Assembly: GCA_037133055.1 (NCBI GenBank) | Contig: JBAXOY010000092.1 | Location: 1-12,382 of the forward strand | Direction of reading: 5' to 3' | Source of the DNA: Chlamydiota bacterium | Lineage (GTDB): Bacteria; Auribacterota; Tritonobacteria; UBA1439 | Length of the DNA: 12,382 nucleotides | Shown here: positions 1-7,590 of the stretch, piece by piece | How the letters are laid out: every line of letters begins with the position of its first letter | How positions within the stretch are numbered: position 1 is the stretch's first letter | Position numbers and translations under genes: made by a program | Notes under the pieces: model-generated | What the model was told of the DNA's origin: nothing | What the model saw: the letters and a program-made list of their open reading frames with translations, nothing else | Database searches by the model: none

Positions 1-1121
1 AGGATCACGTCGCGGGTGTTCTCGACGATGCTCCGGTACCTGACCTCGCTCTCCCAGAGATCCCCCTGTGACTTCTCGAGCGCCCCCAGCATCCGGTTGA
101 TGGTCCCCGCGAAGTCCGCCAGTTCGTCGGCCCCCGTCACGGGCACCCTCCCGGTGAGATCGCCGCTCTCCCCGATCCCGATGAGCGCCGTCGAGAGGCG
201 CGTGAGCCTCGAGAGCACCTGTTGTTGAAGAAACACGGCGATCGTCACTCCGACCACTCCCCCGACGCAGACGAGCGCGAGGATAAACCAGGCGATGCTC
301 TCTCGCCCCTCCCGGTAAATATCCCGGGGCAATCGGACCTTGAAATACACCGCAGGCTTTCCGTAGATGTCGCACTTCATCGCGTAGCCGCCGAGCACGG
401 TGTCACTGAGGGGAATGACGAAGACGGGGGCGCGCTGCGTGAGGAAGCGCGCAGCGTCGCGGATATCGGCCGGGAGCCGGGGGTCATCCGCCCGGTGTGC
501 CTCGATCGGCCCGCGGCTCGATTCCCCGTGCCGCTTCTCTTCCGCCGCGTCGTAGTAATGGCCCATGATGAGGATCCCGCGCGCGGGCCCCTTGTCTTCG
601 CTCGTCAGGATCGGGCGCGCGGCGACGAGCGTGGGGGCGTCCGGCAGGAGAATGATGCCTGTCAGGGAGGTTTTCATCCCGTGACCCAATAGAAGGGGGG
701 AACCCGCCTTGAGATGGGAGAGGATGGCTGTCGGCACCGGCATTTCTTTCTTTTGGATGAGATCAAATGCCTTTCCGTACACAACCGTGCCTGCCGCGTC
801 CACGAACAGGATGAGGTTAATCTTCTGACTGACGAATGCTGCATCGACCAGATTCGACGTTATGTACTGCGGATTCTCCCCGGGCCGGGTGATGAACTCA
901 TAGGTATCGTCCCGGGAGGCGTTGTCATGGACCAGCGTGTCCATCCGGGCCAGTTCTTCATTGAGGAATCCCGCGGCCTCTTGGACATCCTCCCGCCCGC
1001 GGGATTGTTCGAGCGCGAGGAAGCTCCGGAGGATGATCTCCTGGGACGCGAGAAGGAGGACGCCGATGAGACAGACGAGCGTTACGGAGACGATGAGAAG
1101 GATTTTCTTCCGGAGCGTCAT
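1..1121 (-). CDS. CHASE4-HAMP(-PAS) membrane sensor protein, probably a histidine kinase or diguanylate cyclase; C-terminus lies beyond the left window edge
   Basis: Manual translation from ATG at 1121 (SD-like GAGAGG upstream). MTLRKKILLIVSVTLVCLIGVLLLAS is TM1; VHDNASRDDTYEF is a CHASE4-like motif; then LVAARPIL, a second TM (IAWFILALVCVGGVVGVTIAVFL), HAMP (LSRLTRL...GDLTGRVPVTGADELADFAGTINRML) and a PAS lead-in (SEVRYRSIVENTRDVI). No stop inside the window, so it is absent from the ORF track. Confidence 0.88.
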   Translation of the reverse strand, partial: MTLRKKILLIVSVTLVCLIGVLLLASQEIILRSFLALEQSRGREDVQEAAGFLNEELARMDTLVHDNASRDDTYEFITRPGENPQYITSNLVDAAFVSQKINLILFVDAAGTVVYGKAFDLIQKKEMPVPTAILSHLKAGSPLLLGHGMKTSLTGIILLPDAPTLVAARPILTSEDKGPARGILIMGHYYDAAEEKRHGESSRGPIEAHRADDPRLPADIRDAARFLTQRAPVFVIPLSDTVLGGYAMKCDIYGKPAVYFKVRLPRDIYREGRESIAWFILALVCVGGVVGVTIAVFLQQQVLSRLTRLSTALIGIGESGDLTGRVPVTGADELADFAGTINRMLGALEKSQGDLWESEVRYRSIVENTRDVI

Positions 1122-1226
1122 ACGAGCCTCTCATGGCTGAATGCCGCCCGGGCGGGCATCCGCCGCGGTATCAGCCGCCGTCCCCCGTGGAAGGGGATGG
1201 CCGTATAAAAGAGGAAACCGTCTTAA

Positions 1227-1304
1227 TGGTCGGGGCGCCGGGATTCGAACCCGGGACCTCTTGCACCCCAAGCAAGCGCGCTAGCCGGGCTGCGCTACGC
1301 CCCG
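1227..1304 (-). tRNA. tRNA-Pro (anticodon GGG), CCA encoded
   Basis: Reverse complement reads CGGGGCGTAGCGCAGCCCGGCTAGCGCG-CTTGC-TTGGGGT-GCAAG-AGGTC-CCGGG-TTCGAAT-CCCGG-CGCCCCG-ACCA: C1-G72 and A73 proline identity elements, a T-loop, and a GGG anticodon. Confidence 0.97.
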
Positions 1305-1325
1305 CCATTAAAACGGTTTCGCGTA

Positions 1326-1355
1326 ATGATAGCACCTCGGCGGCCCGGAGGCCAA
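1326..1355 (-). promoter_or_regulatory. Putative sigma70 promoter for tRNA-Pro
   Basis: Minus strand TTGGCC-18 nt-TATCAT with an extended -10 TGn (TGC TATCAT). Predicted start is near 1320. Confidence 0.55.
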
Positions 1356-1361
1356 CGCAAT

Positions 1362-2033
1362 TTAGATCCCCGCGAGCGGAAGGAAAAGCCCCTGCCAGAC
1401 CGCCGCAAAACCCGCCTCAAGGATGCCAAAGAGGAACGGCGTGTTGATCACGAGCAGGATGAGCCACGGCCCGCTCGCCCGGAGGAACGCGGCGCTCTTC
1501 CCCGGATCGACCCGGAGCAGGTCCGTCAGGATATGGTACCCGTCGAGGGGAGGAATCGGGACGAGGTTGAAGAGGCTTAAAAAGATGCTGACCGAGCCCA
1601 GTCTGAGGAGCGTCTCCGCGAGCACGCCCCCGGTGATCCCGGCGCCCGGGAACGACCGCGTGAGCACGCGGAGCAGAAGGGCCGCGGCAAGCGCCACGAG
1701 AAACCCCGAGGCGCAGCCTGCGAAACTGACCAACATATTGTCCCTGCGCCAGTTCCTGACCCGCCCCGGGTTGACGGGGACCGGCTTCGCCCATCCGAAG
1801 AACCCGAACCCTCCCGGGAAGCCGCCCATTCCGACGAGGAAAAAGATGAGCGGCGAGAGCGGAATCAGGACCGTGCCGATCAGGTCGATGTGCGCGCGGG
1901 GATCGAGCGTCACCCTTCCCTGGAGCCTGGCGGTCGGGTCGCCGCACCGGTCCGCGGTCCATGCGTGCGCGCACTCGTGGACGGAGGCGACGAAGAGGAA
2001 GATCACGTAGCCGGCGAAAAAGTTCAGCAGCAT
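1362..2033 (-). CDS. Site-2 protease family intramembrane zinc metalloprotease (peptidase M50), about 223 aa
   Basis: HECAH zinc motif followed by GDPTARLQGRVTLDP, FGWAKPVPVNP and FNLVPIPPLDG. Start reassigned to ATG 2033 (MLLNFF...), 2 nt after the upstream stop, because the track's 2267 start overlaps the upstream gene. Confidence 0.93.
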   Translation of the reverse strand: MLLNFFAGYVIFLFVASVHECAHAWTADRCGDPTARLQGRVTLDPRAHIDLIGTVLIPLSPLIFFLVGMGGFPGGFGFFGWAKPVPVNPGRVRNWRRDNMLVSFAGCASGFLVALAAALLLRVLTRSFPGAGITGGVLAETLLRLGSVSIFLSLFNLVPIPPLDGYHILTDLLRVDPGKSAAFLRASGPWLILLVINTPFLFGILEAGFAAVWQGLFLPLAGI

Positions 2034-2035
2034 AG

Positions 2036-5000
2036 CTAATCCGGTTTCTTCTTCGCCCGGCGAGCCTTCTCGTTCCACTTCTCGATTGAGTAAATCCCGT
2101 CGTAGAGCGCGTTCCCGACGTAGTACGTCGTCCCCCACGACACCGCATCCAAAGTGAGCCGCATGCCGCCGAAAAGATAGTTCACGTTGCTCACCACCCG
2201 CACGTCCGGATTCCCCGCGGGGTAAAGCAGGGCGTGGTCCATGTCGGAGAAGAGGTGCTCGATCCACTTGATGAGAAGGCTCATCCTGAAAAACACGCCC
2301 CTCCCCGCGAGCCCGGTCCAGCTCAGGAATATCGCCGAGGGAACCTCCCCGAGGGTAACCTCGGGGATCTGGAAGGCGAAGACGAGCTCGCGCACCCGCT
2401 CCTTCGGGTAGTGGTCGGGCAGCGCATCGTAGCCGGTGACGAGCTTTCTGATGCCGGAGCGGATCGGCCGTTTCTTGTCCCCCGGGTACGCGAGGTCATA
2501 GAGGTTGTCGAGATCGGTGAGCACCTCGCGATTCATGACGCCGAAGATGTCGGCCCCGATGACGTGGATATCCGTAGCCCGCTTATAGTCGTGACCCTTG
2601 TAGCGCGTGTCGGGCGCGAGGAACGCGGGTTTCTTCTCTCCGGCCCGGCGCTCGTATTCGGCGAGGATATCGGTCCGGTCGGCCTGGTCCGCGCTGTACG
2701 GGAGCTTCGCCATCAGCGCCTTCATCGACTCGCCGGGCTTTGCCGGCGCCCCTTCCCCCTCGGCCTTCAGGAAGCCCGCGAGGGGCTTGCCGTCGAGGGC
2801 CCCCTCGTCGTACGGGATGCTGAGGAGCGACAGCACGGTGGGCACGATATCGGCGGTCCGGACGGCGTTGGTGAGCACGACCCCATTCCTCACGTTAGGC
2901 CCGGCCACGAGGAACGGGATATGCGCCGTCTCGTACTGGAGATAGCCATGGGCTCCGGACGGCTTGCCGGACATCTCGTCGAGGGGTTCCAACGACCAGC
3001 CGGGAGCGGCGCAGAGCACCATGTCGGGGGAATACCTCTCCTCCCTTTCCGCAATCCTGCCGTCCCAGAAGAGGTGGTTCGCGACGGAGACGACCGCGTC
3101 AGGATACGCGCAGTATTTCGTCGCCTCGAGCCACTCCCGCTCGGAGTGGAATTCCCCCATCCACGCCGGATCGATCCCCGCCCTCAGGTAGCCGAACGGG
3201 TCGTTCGCGGACGATTCCTCGTAGCGGACCTCCCCCTCGGGAGAGCAGGAGATGTCCTTCACGGGGAGGTACCGGAACAGGTGCCGGGTGCTCTCCGCCG
3301 TCTTCCGCTCGATCACCGCGCGGGTTCCGTCCTGGCCGAAGACCGCGACGCGGTCCCCGTCGAGCTTCACGAGCACCTGCCCGACGGGCCGGTTGCCGAC
3401 CTTGCCCGGGTAGAGGTTCTGCCCTTCGAGGTCCCATCCGAGGATCTTGTCGATCAGGTTCACCTCGCCGGCGACCCCGCCGACGCGGTAGCGCTCGAGC
3501 TGGCAGAGGGAGTTCCTGCGGAGCCACTCGCCCGAGTCGATGGAGGCATACGGGAGAAAGACGCTGCACTCCCCCTCGCCGTAGTCGAGGAACGCGAAAC
3601 GGTCCTTCCGCACGCCCTTCGTGAGGTACGCGTCGTCGTACCAGCGGACATCCACGCCGAGGCCCTTCCCCTTCTCATGGAACAGATCGCGGCCGAGGTT
3701 GACCTTCTGTATCACCCCGGTCTTCCCGCCCGCGGTGCCGTGGTCGGCGAGGAGGATCAGGTAGGTGCGGTCCCACATCTTCTTGCGCTTGAGCTCCGCG
3801 ACAATGGACGCGACATGCCGGTCGAGCGCGTAAAGCGCTCTCCTGCCGTGCCCGAACTGGGCGCGCGGGGAGTCGTGGCCGGCGGTGTCGAGCCCCGAAA
3901 ACCAGAAGTTCATCACGCGCGCGTCGGGCTGGACGACCATTTCGAGCCCGTAGCGGGTGTTGATTTCGTCGGCGTATTCCATGGCGTGGTGCATCTGAAA
4001 CGGCGGCACGACGGTGGAGCCGTCCACCTCGTAGCGGTTCGGCGGGGACATCGGGAGGGTCGGCTGGATGGTGGTGTAGTACTCCATGCCGGCCCCGCGG
4101 ACGTAGTCCTGGAGGAGGGGGACCTCGGCCTTCCGCTCCGCCGCGTTCTTCTCCCGTCCCCCGGGGACGAGGGCGCGGACGCCGCGTCTCATCGTGACCC
4201 CGAGATAGCGCAGGCCCGCCGGGCGCAGGGCGTCGGCGGCGACCGTCGCGCCGAACGGCTCGAGGTAAGTGTCCCCCTTCCGCCGCTTCCGGTCGAAGTA
4301 GTTATTCCCCTTGATCCCCGTGCGGTTGGTGAAGACGCCCGTGTACATCGTGGAGTTGCTCGCGAGCGTGCTGGAGGGAAAGCCGGTGAACGCGCTCGCG
4401 AAATCGGTCCCGTGGTCGAAGAAGAGTTCCTTGATCGTCGGGAGGTATCCCGCCCCGGCCATCTCGCGAAGGACGTCGTAGCGCAGGCCGTCCACGTAGA
4501 GGAGGACCACGTTCGCATCCTTCACGGGACGCCCCTCGGGAAGGTCGAGCGCGCGGTAGACAATATCGTCGGGCTCGGGCTCGCGCGCCTTCGCCGCGTC
4601 GCCGAGGGCGATATCCGCGGCGAACCCTCCCGTGTTGTCCGTGACATCGAAGTCGTTCACCCCCAGGTACAGCCTCCCGCCCGCGGGGGCCTTGGCGCGG
4701 TACTCGCGGCCGACGAGGAACGGCGCCCCGTCCGCGCCGATCCGGCCGATGAGGGCGTAGCACGGAGCGGGGCCCCGCTCCGCGGCGGGCAGTGGGAATG
4801 CCTTGTCCTTCACGACCGTGTCGTAGAGATAGGTTCCCTGCGGCCCGACGAGCCACTCGAAACTGTCGCGCCCCGCGAATTTCCAGTGCGAGATCTCCAT
4901 CTCGCCGGTTGCGCTGATCGCCAGCATCTCGCCGTCGGCGACGTCGACGCCGGTGTCGGTCCACGTCTGATTGCCCGGCACCTTCACCTCGGCTGCGGGG

Positions 5001-5074
5001 GACGGGATCGCGCCCACCCCGAGCGCGAACGCGCCGGCCATGATCAAGATCATGCAAACAGGTATGTGCTTCAT
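2036..5074 (-). CDS. Secreted alkaline-phosphatase-superfamily protein (type I phosphodiesterase/nucleotide pyrophosphatase) with an N-terminal LecA/PA-IL-like domain and an uncharacterised C-terminal region, 1012 aa
   Basis: Signal peptide MKHIPVC...AIPSPA-AE. N-domain WTDTG...ISATG...GPQG...ALIGRIG...PFLVG...LYLGVND...DNTG. Catalytic motifs VDGLRYD, FPSST (Thr nucleophile), LDTAGH, LADHG, GAHG and RTADIVPTVL...LDGKPL. SD GGAAGGA upstream. Confidence 0.85.
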   Translation of the reverse strand: MKHIPVCMILIMAGAFALGVGAIPSPAAEVKVPGNQTWTDTGVDVADGEMLAISATGEMEISHWKFAGRDSFEWLVGPQGTYLYDTVVKDKAFPLPAAERGPAPCYALIGRIGADGAPFLVGREYRAKAPAGGRLYLGVNDFDVTDNTGGFAADIALGDAAKAREPEPDDIVYRALDLPEGRPVKDANVVLLYVDGLRYDVLREMAGAGYLPTIKELFFDHGTDFASAFTGFPSSTLASNSTMYTGVFTNRTGIKGNNYFDRKRRKGDTYLEPFGATVAADALRPAGLRYLGVTMRRGVRALVPGGREKNAAERKAEVPLLQDYVRGAGMEYYTTIQPTLPMSPPNRYEVDGSTVVPPFQMHHAMEYADEINTRYGLEMVVQPDARVMNFWFSGLDTAGHDSPRAQFGHGRRALYALDRHVASIVAELKRKKMWDRTYLILLADHGTAGGKTGVIQKVNLGRDLFHEKGKGLGVDVRWYDDAYLTKGVRKDRFAFLDYGEGECSVFLPYASIDSGEWLRRNSLCQLERYRVGGVAGEVNLIDKILGWDLEGQNLYPGKVGNRPVGQVLVKLDGDRVAVFGQDGTRAVIERKTAESTRHLFRYLPVKDISCSPEGEVRYEESSANDPFGYLRAGIDPAWMGEFHSEREWLEATKYCAYPDAVVSVANHLFWDGRIAEREERYSPDMVLCAAPGWSLEPLDEMSGKPSGAHGYLQYETAHIPFLVAGPNVRNGVVLTNAVRTADIVPTVLSLLSIPYDEGALDGKPLAGFLKAEGEGAPAKPGESMKALMAKLPYSADQADRTDILAEYERRAGEKKPAFLAPDTRYKGHDYKRATDIHVIGADIFGVMNREVLTDLDNLYDLAYPGDKKRPIRSGIRKLVTGYDALPDHYPKERVRELVFAFQIPEVTLGEVPSAIFLSWTGLAGRGVFFRMSLLIKWIEHLFSDMDHALLYPAGNPDVRVVSNVNYLFGGMRLTLDAVSWGTTYYVGNALYDGIYSIEKWNEKARRAKKKPD

Positions 5075-5092
5075 CCTTCCCTCCGTAGTAAC

Positions 5093-5127
5093 GCTATCGA
5101 GCTATCGGGCTATCAAGCTATCGAGCT
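5093..5127. repeat. Tandem 8-mer GCTATCRR x4 plus a partial copy
   Basis: gctatcga gctatcgg gctatcaa gctatcga gct, read directly. Confidence 0.9.
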
Positions 5128-5171
5128 CTGTGGCTGCCACGCTCCCAAAATCCAGTTTCTTTTACCCCTTA

Positions 5172-5210
5172 ATCAGCGCTCATCCCGACGATCTGCGTTC
5201 ATCCGCGTGC
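5172..5210. repeat. Degenerate tandem ~10-mer ATCYGCGnnn x4
   Basis: atcagcgctc atcccgacg atctgcgttc atccgcgtgc; same family as 9279-9308. Confidence 0.7.
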
Positions 5211-5252
5211 AACGTTATAGTCAAGAGAACTTCCTTCTCCCGTGTCCGCCGT

Positions 5253-6293
5253 TCACCGGTGGCCCATCTCCGCCTTCGGGCGCCGCATCATGAGCTCCCG
5301 CACCGCCCCTGCGGGGTCCTTGCCCCGGTAGAGTACCGCGTACACCTGTTCGGTGATCGGCATCTCGACCCCATGGCGGCGCGCCAGCCTCCACGCGGCC
5401 TTCGTGGTCCGTATCCCCTCCGCGACCATCTCCATGTGTGCGGTGATCTCCCCGAGGGTCTTTCCCTTTGCGATCAGTTCTCCCACCCTGCGGTTCCGCC
5501 CGTAGCGGCTCACGCAGGTCGTGATCAGGTCGCCGATCCCCGCAAGGCCCGAGAAGGTCTCCGGGGAGGCCCCCATGCTCACGCCGAGGCGCGCGATCTC
5601 GACGATCCCGCGCGTGATGAGGGCGGCCTTCGCGTTGTCGCCAAAGCCGAGGCCGTCGCAGGCCCCCGCGGCGATGGCGATCACATTCTTGATCGCGCCC
5701 GCGATCTCGACGCCGAGGAGGTCCGGGTTCGTGTAGACCCTGAATCGCTCCGTCATGAACAGACGCTGCGCCGCGAGGGGACGGGGGGCGTGCGCCGAGG
5801 ACGCGACCACCTGCGCGGGTATCTCCCGCGCGACCGCCGCCGCATGGCTCGGGCCCGAGAGCACGGCGACGCGCGCGCCAGGTATTTCCTGCCCGATCAC
5901 CTGGGACATCCGCAGCAGGGTATCAGTCTCGATCCCCTTCGAGCCGCTGATGATGAGCCGGTCCGCGGCGCCCCTGCCCCGGGAGATGAGGGGCGCGAGG
6001 CGCCCGCACACGTCCCGCACATGGTGCGAGGGCGCCGCGACGACGATCACCCCGCGGTCTCCGGCGGCCTCATCGAGACTCGCCGTGATCTTCAATCCCG
6101 CGGGAATGGCGACGCCCGGGAGGAATTTCCGGTTGACGCGCTTCCGTTTCAGGAACTCGACGTAGTCGGGGAAGACGCCCCAGAGCGCGACGTCCAGCCC
6201 CTTCTTGAAGAGGAGGATCGCCAGCGTGGTCCCCCACCCCCCGTCGCCGAGAACCGCGACCCTCGATGCCGCCGCCGGCATGGCGCGCTTCAT
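5253..6293 (-). CDS. gpsA: NAD(P)H-dependent glycerol-3-phosphate dehydrogenase, about 346 aa
   Basis: VAVLGDGGWGTTLA Rossmann motif, SKGIE, LSGPSHA, GAIKNVIAIAAG, GDNAKAALITRG, GIGDLITTC, RNRRVG and EGIRT. Start ATG 6293 overlaps the plsY stop (ATGA); ATG 6281 is an alternative. Confidence 0.96.
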   Translation of the reverse strand: MKRAMPAAASRVAVLGDGGWGTTLAILLFKKGLDVALWGVFPDYVEFLKRKRVNRKFLPGVAIPAGLKITASLDEAAGDRGVIVVAAPSHHVRDVCGRLAPLISRGRGAADRLIISGSKGIETDTLLRMSQVIGQEIPGARVAVLSGPSHAAAVAREIPAQVVASSAHAPRPLAAQRLFMTERFRVYTNPDLLGVEIAGAIKNVIAIAAGACDGLGFGDNAKAALITRGIVEIARLGVSMGASPETFSGLAGIGDLITTCVSRYGRNRRVGELIAKGKTLGEITAHMEMVAEGIRTTKAAWRLARRHGVEMPITEQVYAVLYRGKDPAGAVRELMMRRPKAEMGHR

Positions 6294-6919
6294 CCGTCCA
6301 CCCTCTCGGTCTTGCTTCCGATCTTCTTCTCCGTCCCGGCGATCAGGCGGGAGATGTTGGCGCGGTGCTTCAGAACAAGCGCGAGGGTGAGGACGACGGA
6401 AAACCATACATAGGCCGCGGGCGCATGGTAGGCCCACATGAAGATCGGGATCGAGATCCCGGCGAGGATCGAACCGAGAGAGACATAGCGTGTGAGCGCG
6501 ACGACCACCGCGAAGATGCCGAAGGCGGAGAAGATGACAAGCGGCGTCATCGCCAAAAACGCGCCCGCGGTGGTGGCGACCCCCTTTCCCCCGGTAAACC
6601 GTAAAAAGATCATCCAGTTGTGCCCCGACACCACCGCCACGCAGGCGAGAATCTTCCAGATGGGCAGATGGGCGTGGTCGAGGCACATGATCGGCGCGAG
6701 GAACCCCACCACGAGGTATCCCTTCAAGAGATCGATCGCGAGCGTGGCAATGCCCGCCCACGTCCCGAGCACGCGCATCACGTTCGTGGCGCCGACGTTG
6801 CCGCTCCCGTGCGTGCGGATGTCGATCCCCTTGAAAATCCGGCCCATGAGGTAGGCCGTGGGGATCGAGCCGGCGAGATACGCGGCGGCGCACAGTACGA
6901 CCAATCTGACAACGGTCAT
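6290..6919 (-). CDS. plsY: Glycerol-3-phosphate 1-O-acyltransferase (acyl-phosphate dependent), about 209 aa
   Basis: YLAGSIP, DIRTHGSGNVGATNVMR, DLLKG, GHNW, GGKGVATTAG, YVSLGS and KHRANISRL. Start ATG 6919 with SD AAGGGA. Confidence 0.96.
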   Translation of the reverse strand: MTVVRLVVLCAAAYLAGSIPTAYLMGRIFKGIDIRTHGSGNVGATNVMRVLGTWAGIATLAIDLLKGYLVVGFLAPIMCLDHAHLPIWKILACVAVVSGHNWMIFLRFTGGKGVATTAGAFLAMTPLVIFSAFGIFAVVVALTRYVSLGSILAGISIPIFMWAYHAPAAYVWFSVVLTLALVLKHRANISRLIAGTEKKIGSKTERVDG

Positions 6920-6944
6920 TTCCCTTATCCCGGCTGGAGGATGC

Positions 6945-6973
6945 AGTATACACAAATACCCGCCCAATTGCAC
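6945..6973 (-). promoter_or_regulatory. Putative sigma70 promoter for plsY-gpsA
   Basis: Minus strand GTGCAA-17 nt-TATACT, 25 nt upstream of the plsY ATG. Confidence 0.55.
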
Positions 6974-7012
6974 CACCTTTGGGGGAATCTGTACTGTAGA
7001 GAGAAAAAAGAG

Positions 7013-7041
7013 TTGACGTAGTTACACTATGTATATACAGT
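7013..7041 (+). promoter_or_regulatory. Putative sigma70 promoter of brnTA with an overlapping palindromic operator TGTATATACA (7030-7039)
   Basis: TTGACG (7013-7018)-17 nt-TACAGT (7036-7041). The 10-bp perfect palindrome overlaps the -10 box, as expected for toxin-antitoxin autorepression. Confidence 0.7.
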
Positions 7042-7047
7042 ATTTTT

Positions 7048-7329
7048 GTGAAGTTCGAATGGGATGAGAAAAAGAACAGCGAGAACATCCGCAAACATGG
7101 GATTGATTTTCGGGATGTCGTCGAGATGTTCAGCCATCCCATGCTCGCCTCTCTCGACACGCGTCGTGAGTATGGTGAGGACCGATGGATCGGTATCGGC
7201 TTACTGAAAAACATCGTGGCGGTGACAGTCTATCTCGAGTGGGAAGATGAGGAGACCATCCGAATTATCTCCGCCCGGAAGGCAACACGTTATGAAGACC
7301 AGGAATATCATAAGAGAATCGCGGACTGA
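7048..7329 (+). CDS. brnT: BrnT family type II toxin (ribonuclease)
   Basis: MKFEWDEKKNSENIRKHGIDF...YGEDRWIGIG...IRIISARKA is the BrnT signature. GTG start. Confidence 0.93.
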   Translation: MKFEWDEKKNSENIRKHGIDFRDVVEMFSHPMLASLDTRREYGEDRWIGIGLLKNIVAVTVYLEWEDEETIRIISARKATRYEDQEYHKRIAD

Positions 7330-7576
7330 CTGGAATCGGCTGGATGGCATGCCCGATTCGGAAATCGATTTCTCCGAGGTTCCGAAGATGGGAACTTCCT
7401 TCTTCCGGCGTGCAAAACTGCGTATGCCGAAAAGAAAAACATCGGTTTCCATCCGGCTTGATGCCGATGTATTGAACTGGTTCAAGCGCAAAGGCAGGGG
7501 ATACCAGACCCGGATCAACGCCATCCTTCGCGCGTTTGTCGAAGCCCATCATGACGCTCGGGGACACTCTCGCTAA
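7292..7576 (+). CDS. brnA: BrnA family antitoxin (ribbon-helix-helix), about 94 aa
   Basis: TDWNRL...DSEIDFSEVP...KTSVSIRLDADVLNWFK..GRGYQTRINAILRAFV. Start ATG 7292 overlaps the 3' end of brnT. Confidence 0.92.
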   Translation: MKTRNIIRESRTDWNRLDGMPDSEIDFSEVPKMGTSFFRRAKLRMPKRKTSVSIRLDADVLNWFKRKGRGYQTRINAILRAFVEAHHDARGHSR

Positions 7577-7577
7577 C
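7558..7577 (+). repeat. 20-bp direct repeat, copy 1 (TCGGGGACACTCTCGCTAAC)
   Basis: Identical to 7839-7858; contains the brnA stop codon. Confidence 0.92.
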
Positions 7578-7590
7578 CCAGGCGGAAGGA

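Noticed and set aside
1135..1201. GC-rich hairpins downstream of the tRNA as an intrinsic terminator
   Set aside because: The stems are imperfect on the transcribed strand and have no following U-tract, so a terminator call is not supported.
16..1208. Plus-strand ORFs 16-228, 222-692 and 714-1208
   Set aside because: They are antisense to the CHASE4-HAMP gene, which explains the region.
1227..1304. tRNA-Pro as the attachment site of an integrated element
   Set aside because: There is no integrase and no duplicated tRNA 3' end within the window.
2034..2267. N-terminal extension of the M50 protease
   Set aside because: It overlaps the 3' end of the 1012-aa gene. ATG 2033 gives a normal-length protein.
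2234..5293. 1019-aa plus-strand ORF, and similar long plus-strand ORFs at 4971-6413, 8092-9405 and 10145-12097
   Set aside because: They are antisense shadows of well-supported minus-strand genes, expected in high-GC DNA, and carry no recognisable motifs.
6976..6984. CCTTTGGGG shared with the left flank of the inverted-repeat element (9901-9909)
   Set aside because: The match is only 9 bp with no further similarity, which is compatible with chance.
6294..7214. Apparent 300-aa N-terminal extension of GpsA (track ORF 5253-7214)
   Set aside because: It overlaps plsY in another frame and brnT on the opposite strand. Homology begins at the ATGA-coupled start at 6293.
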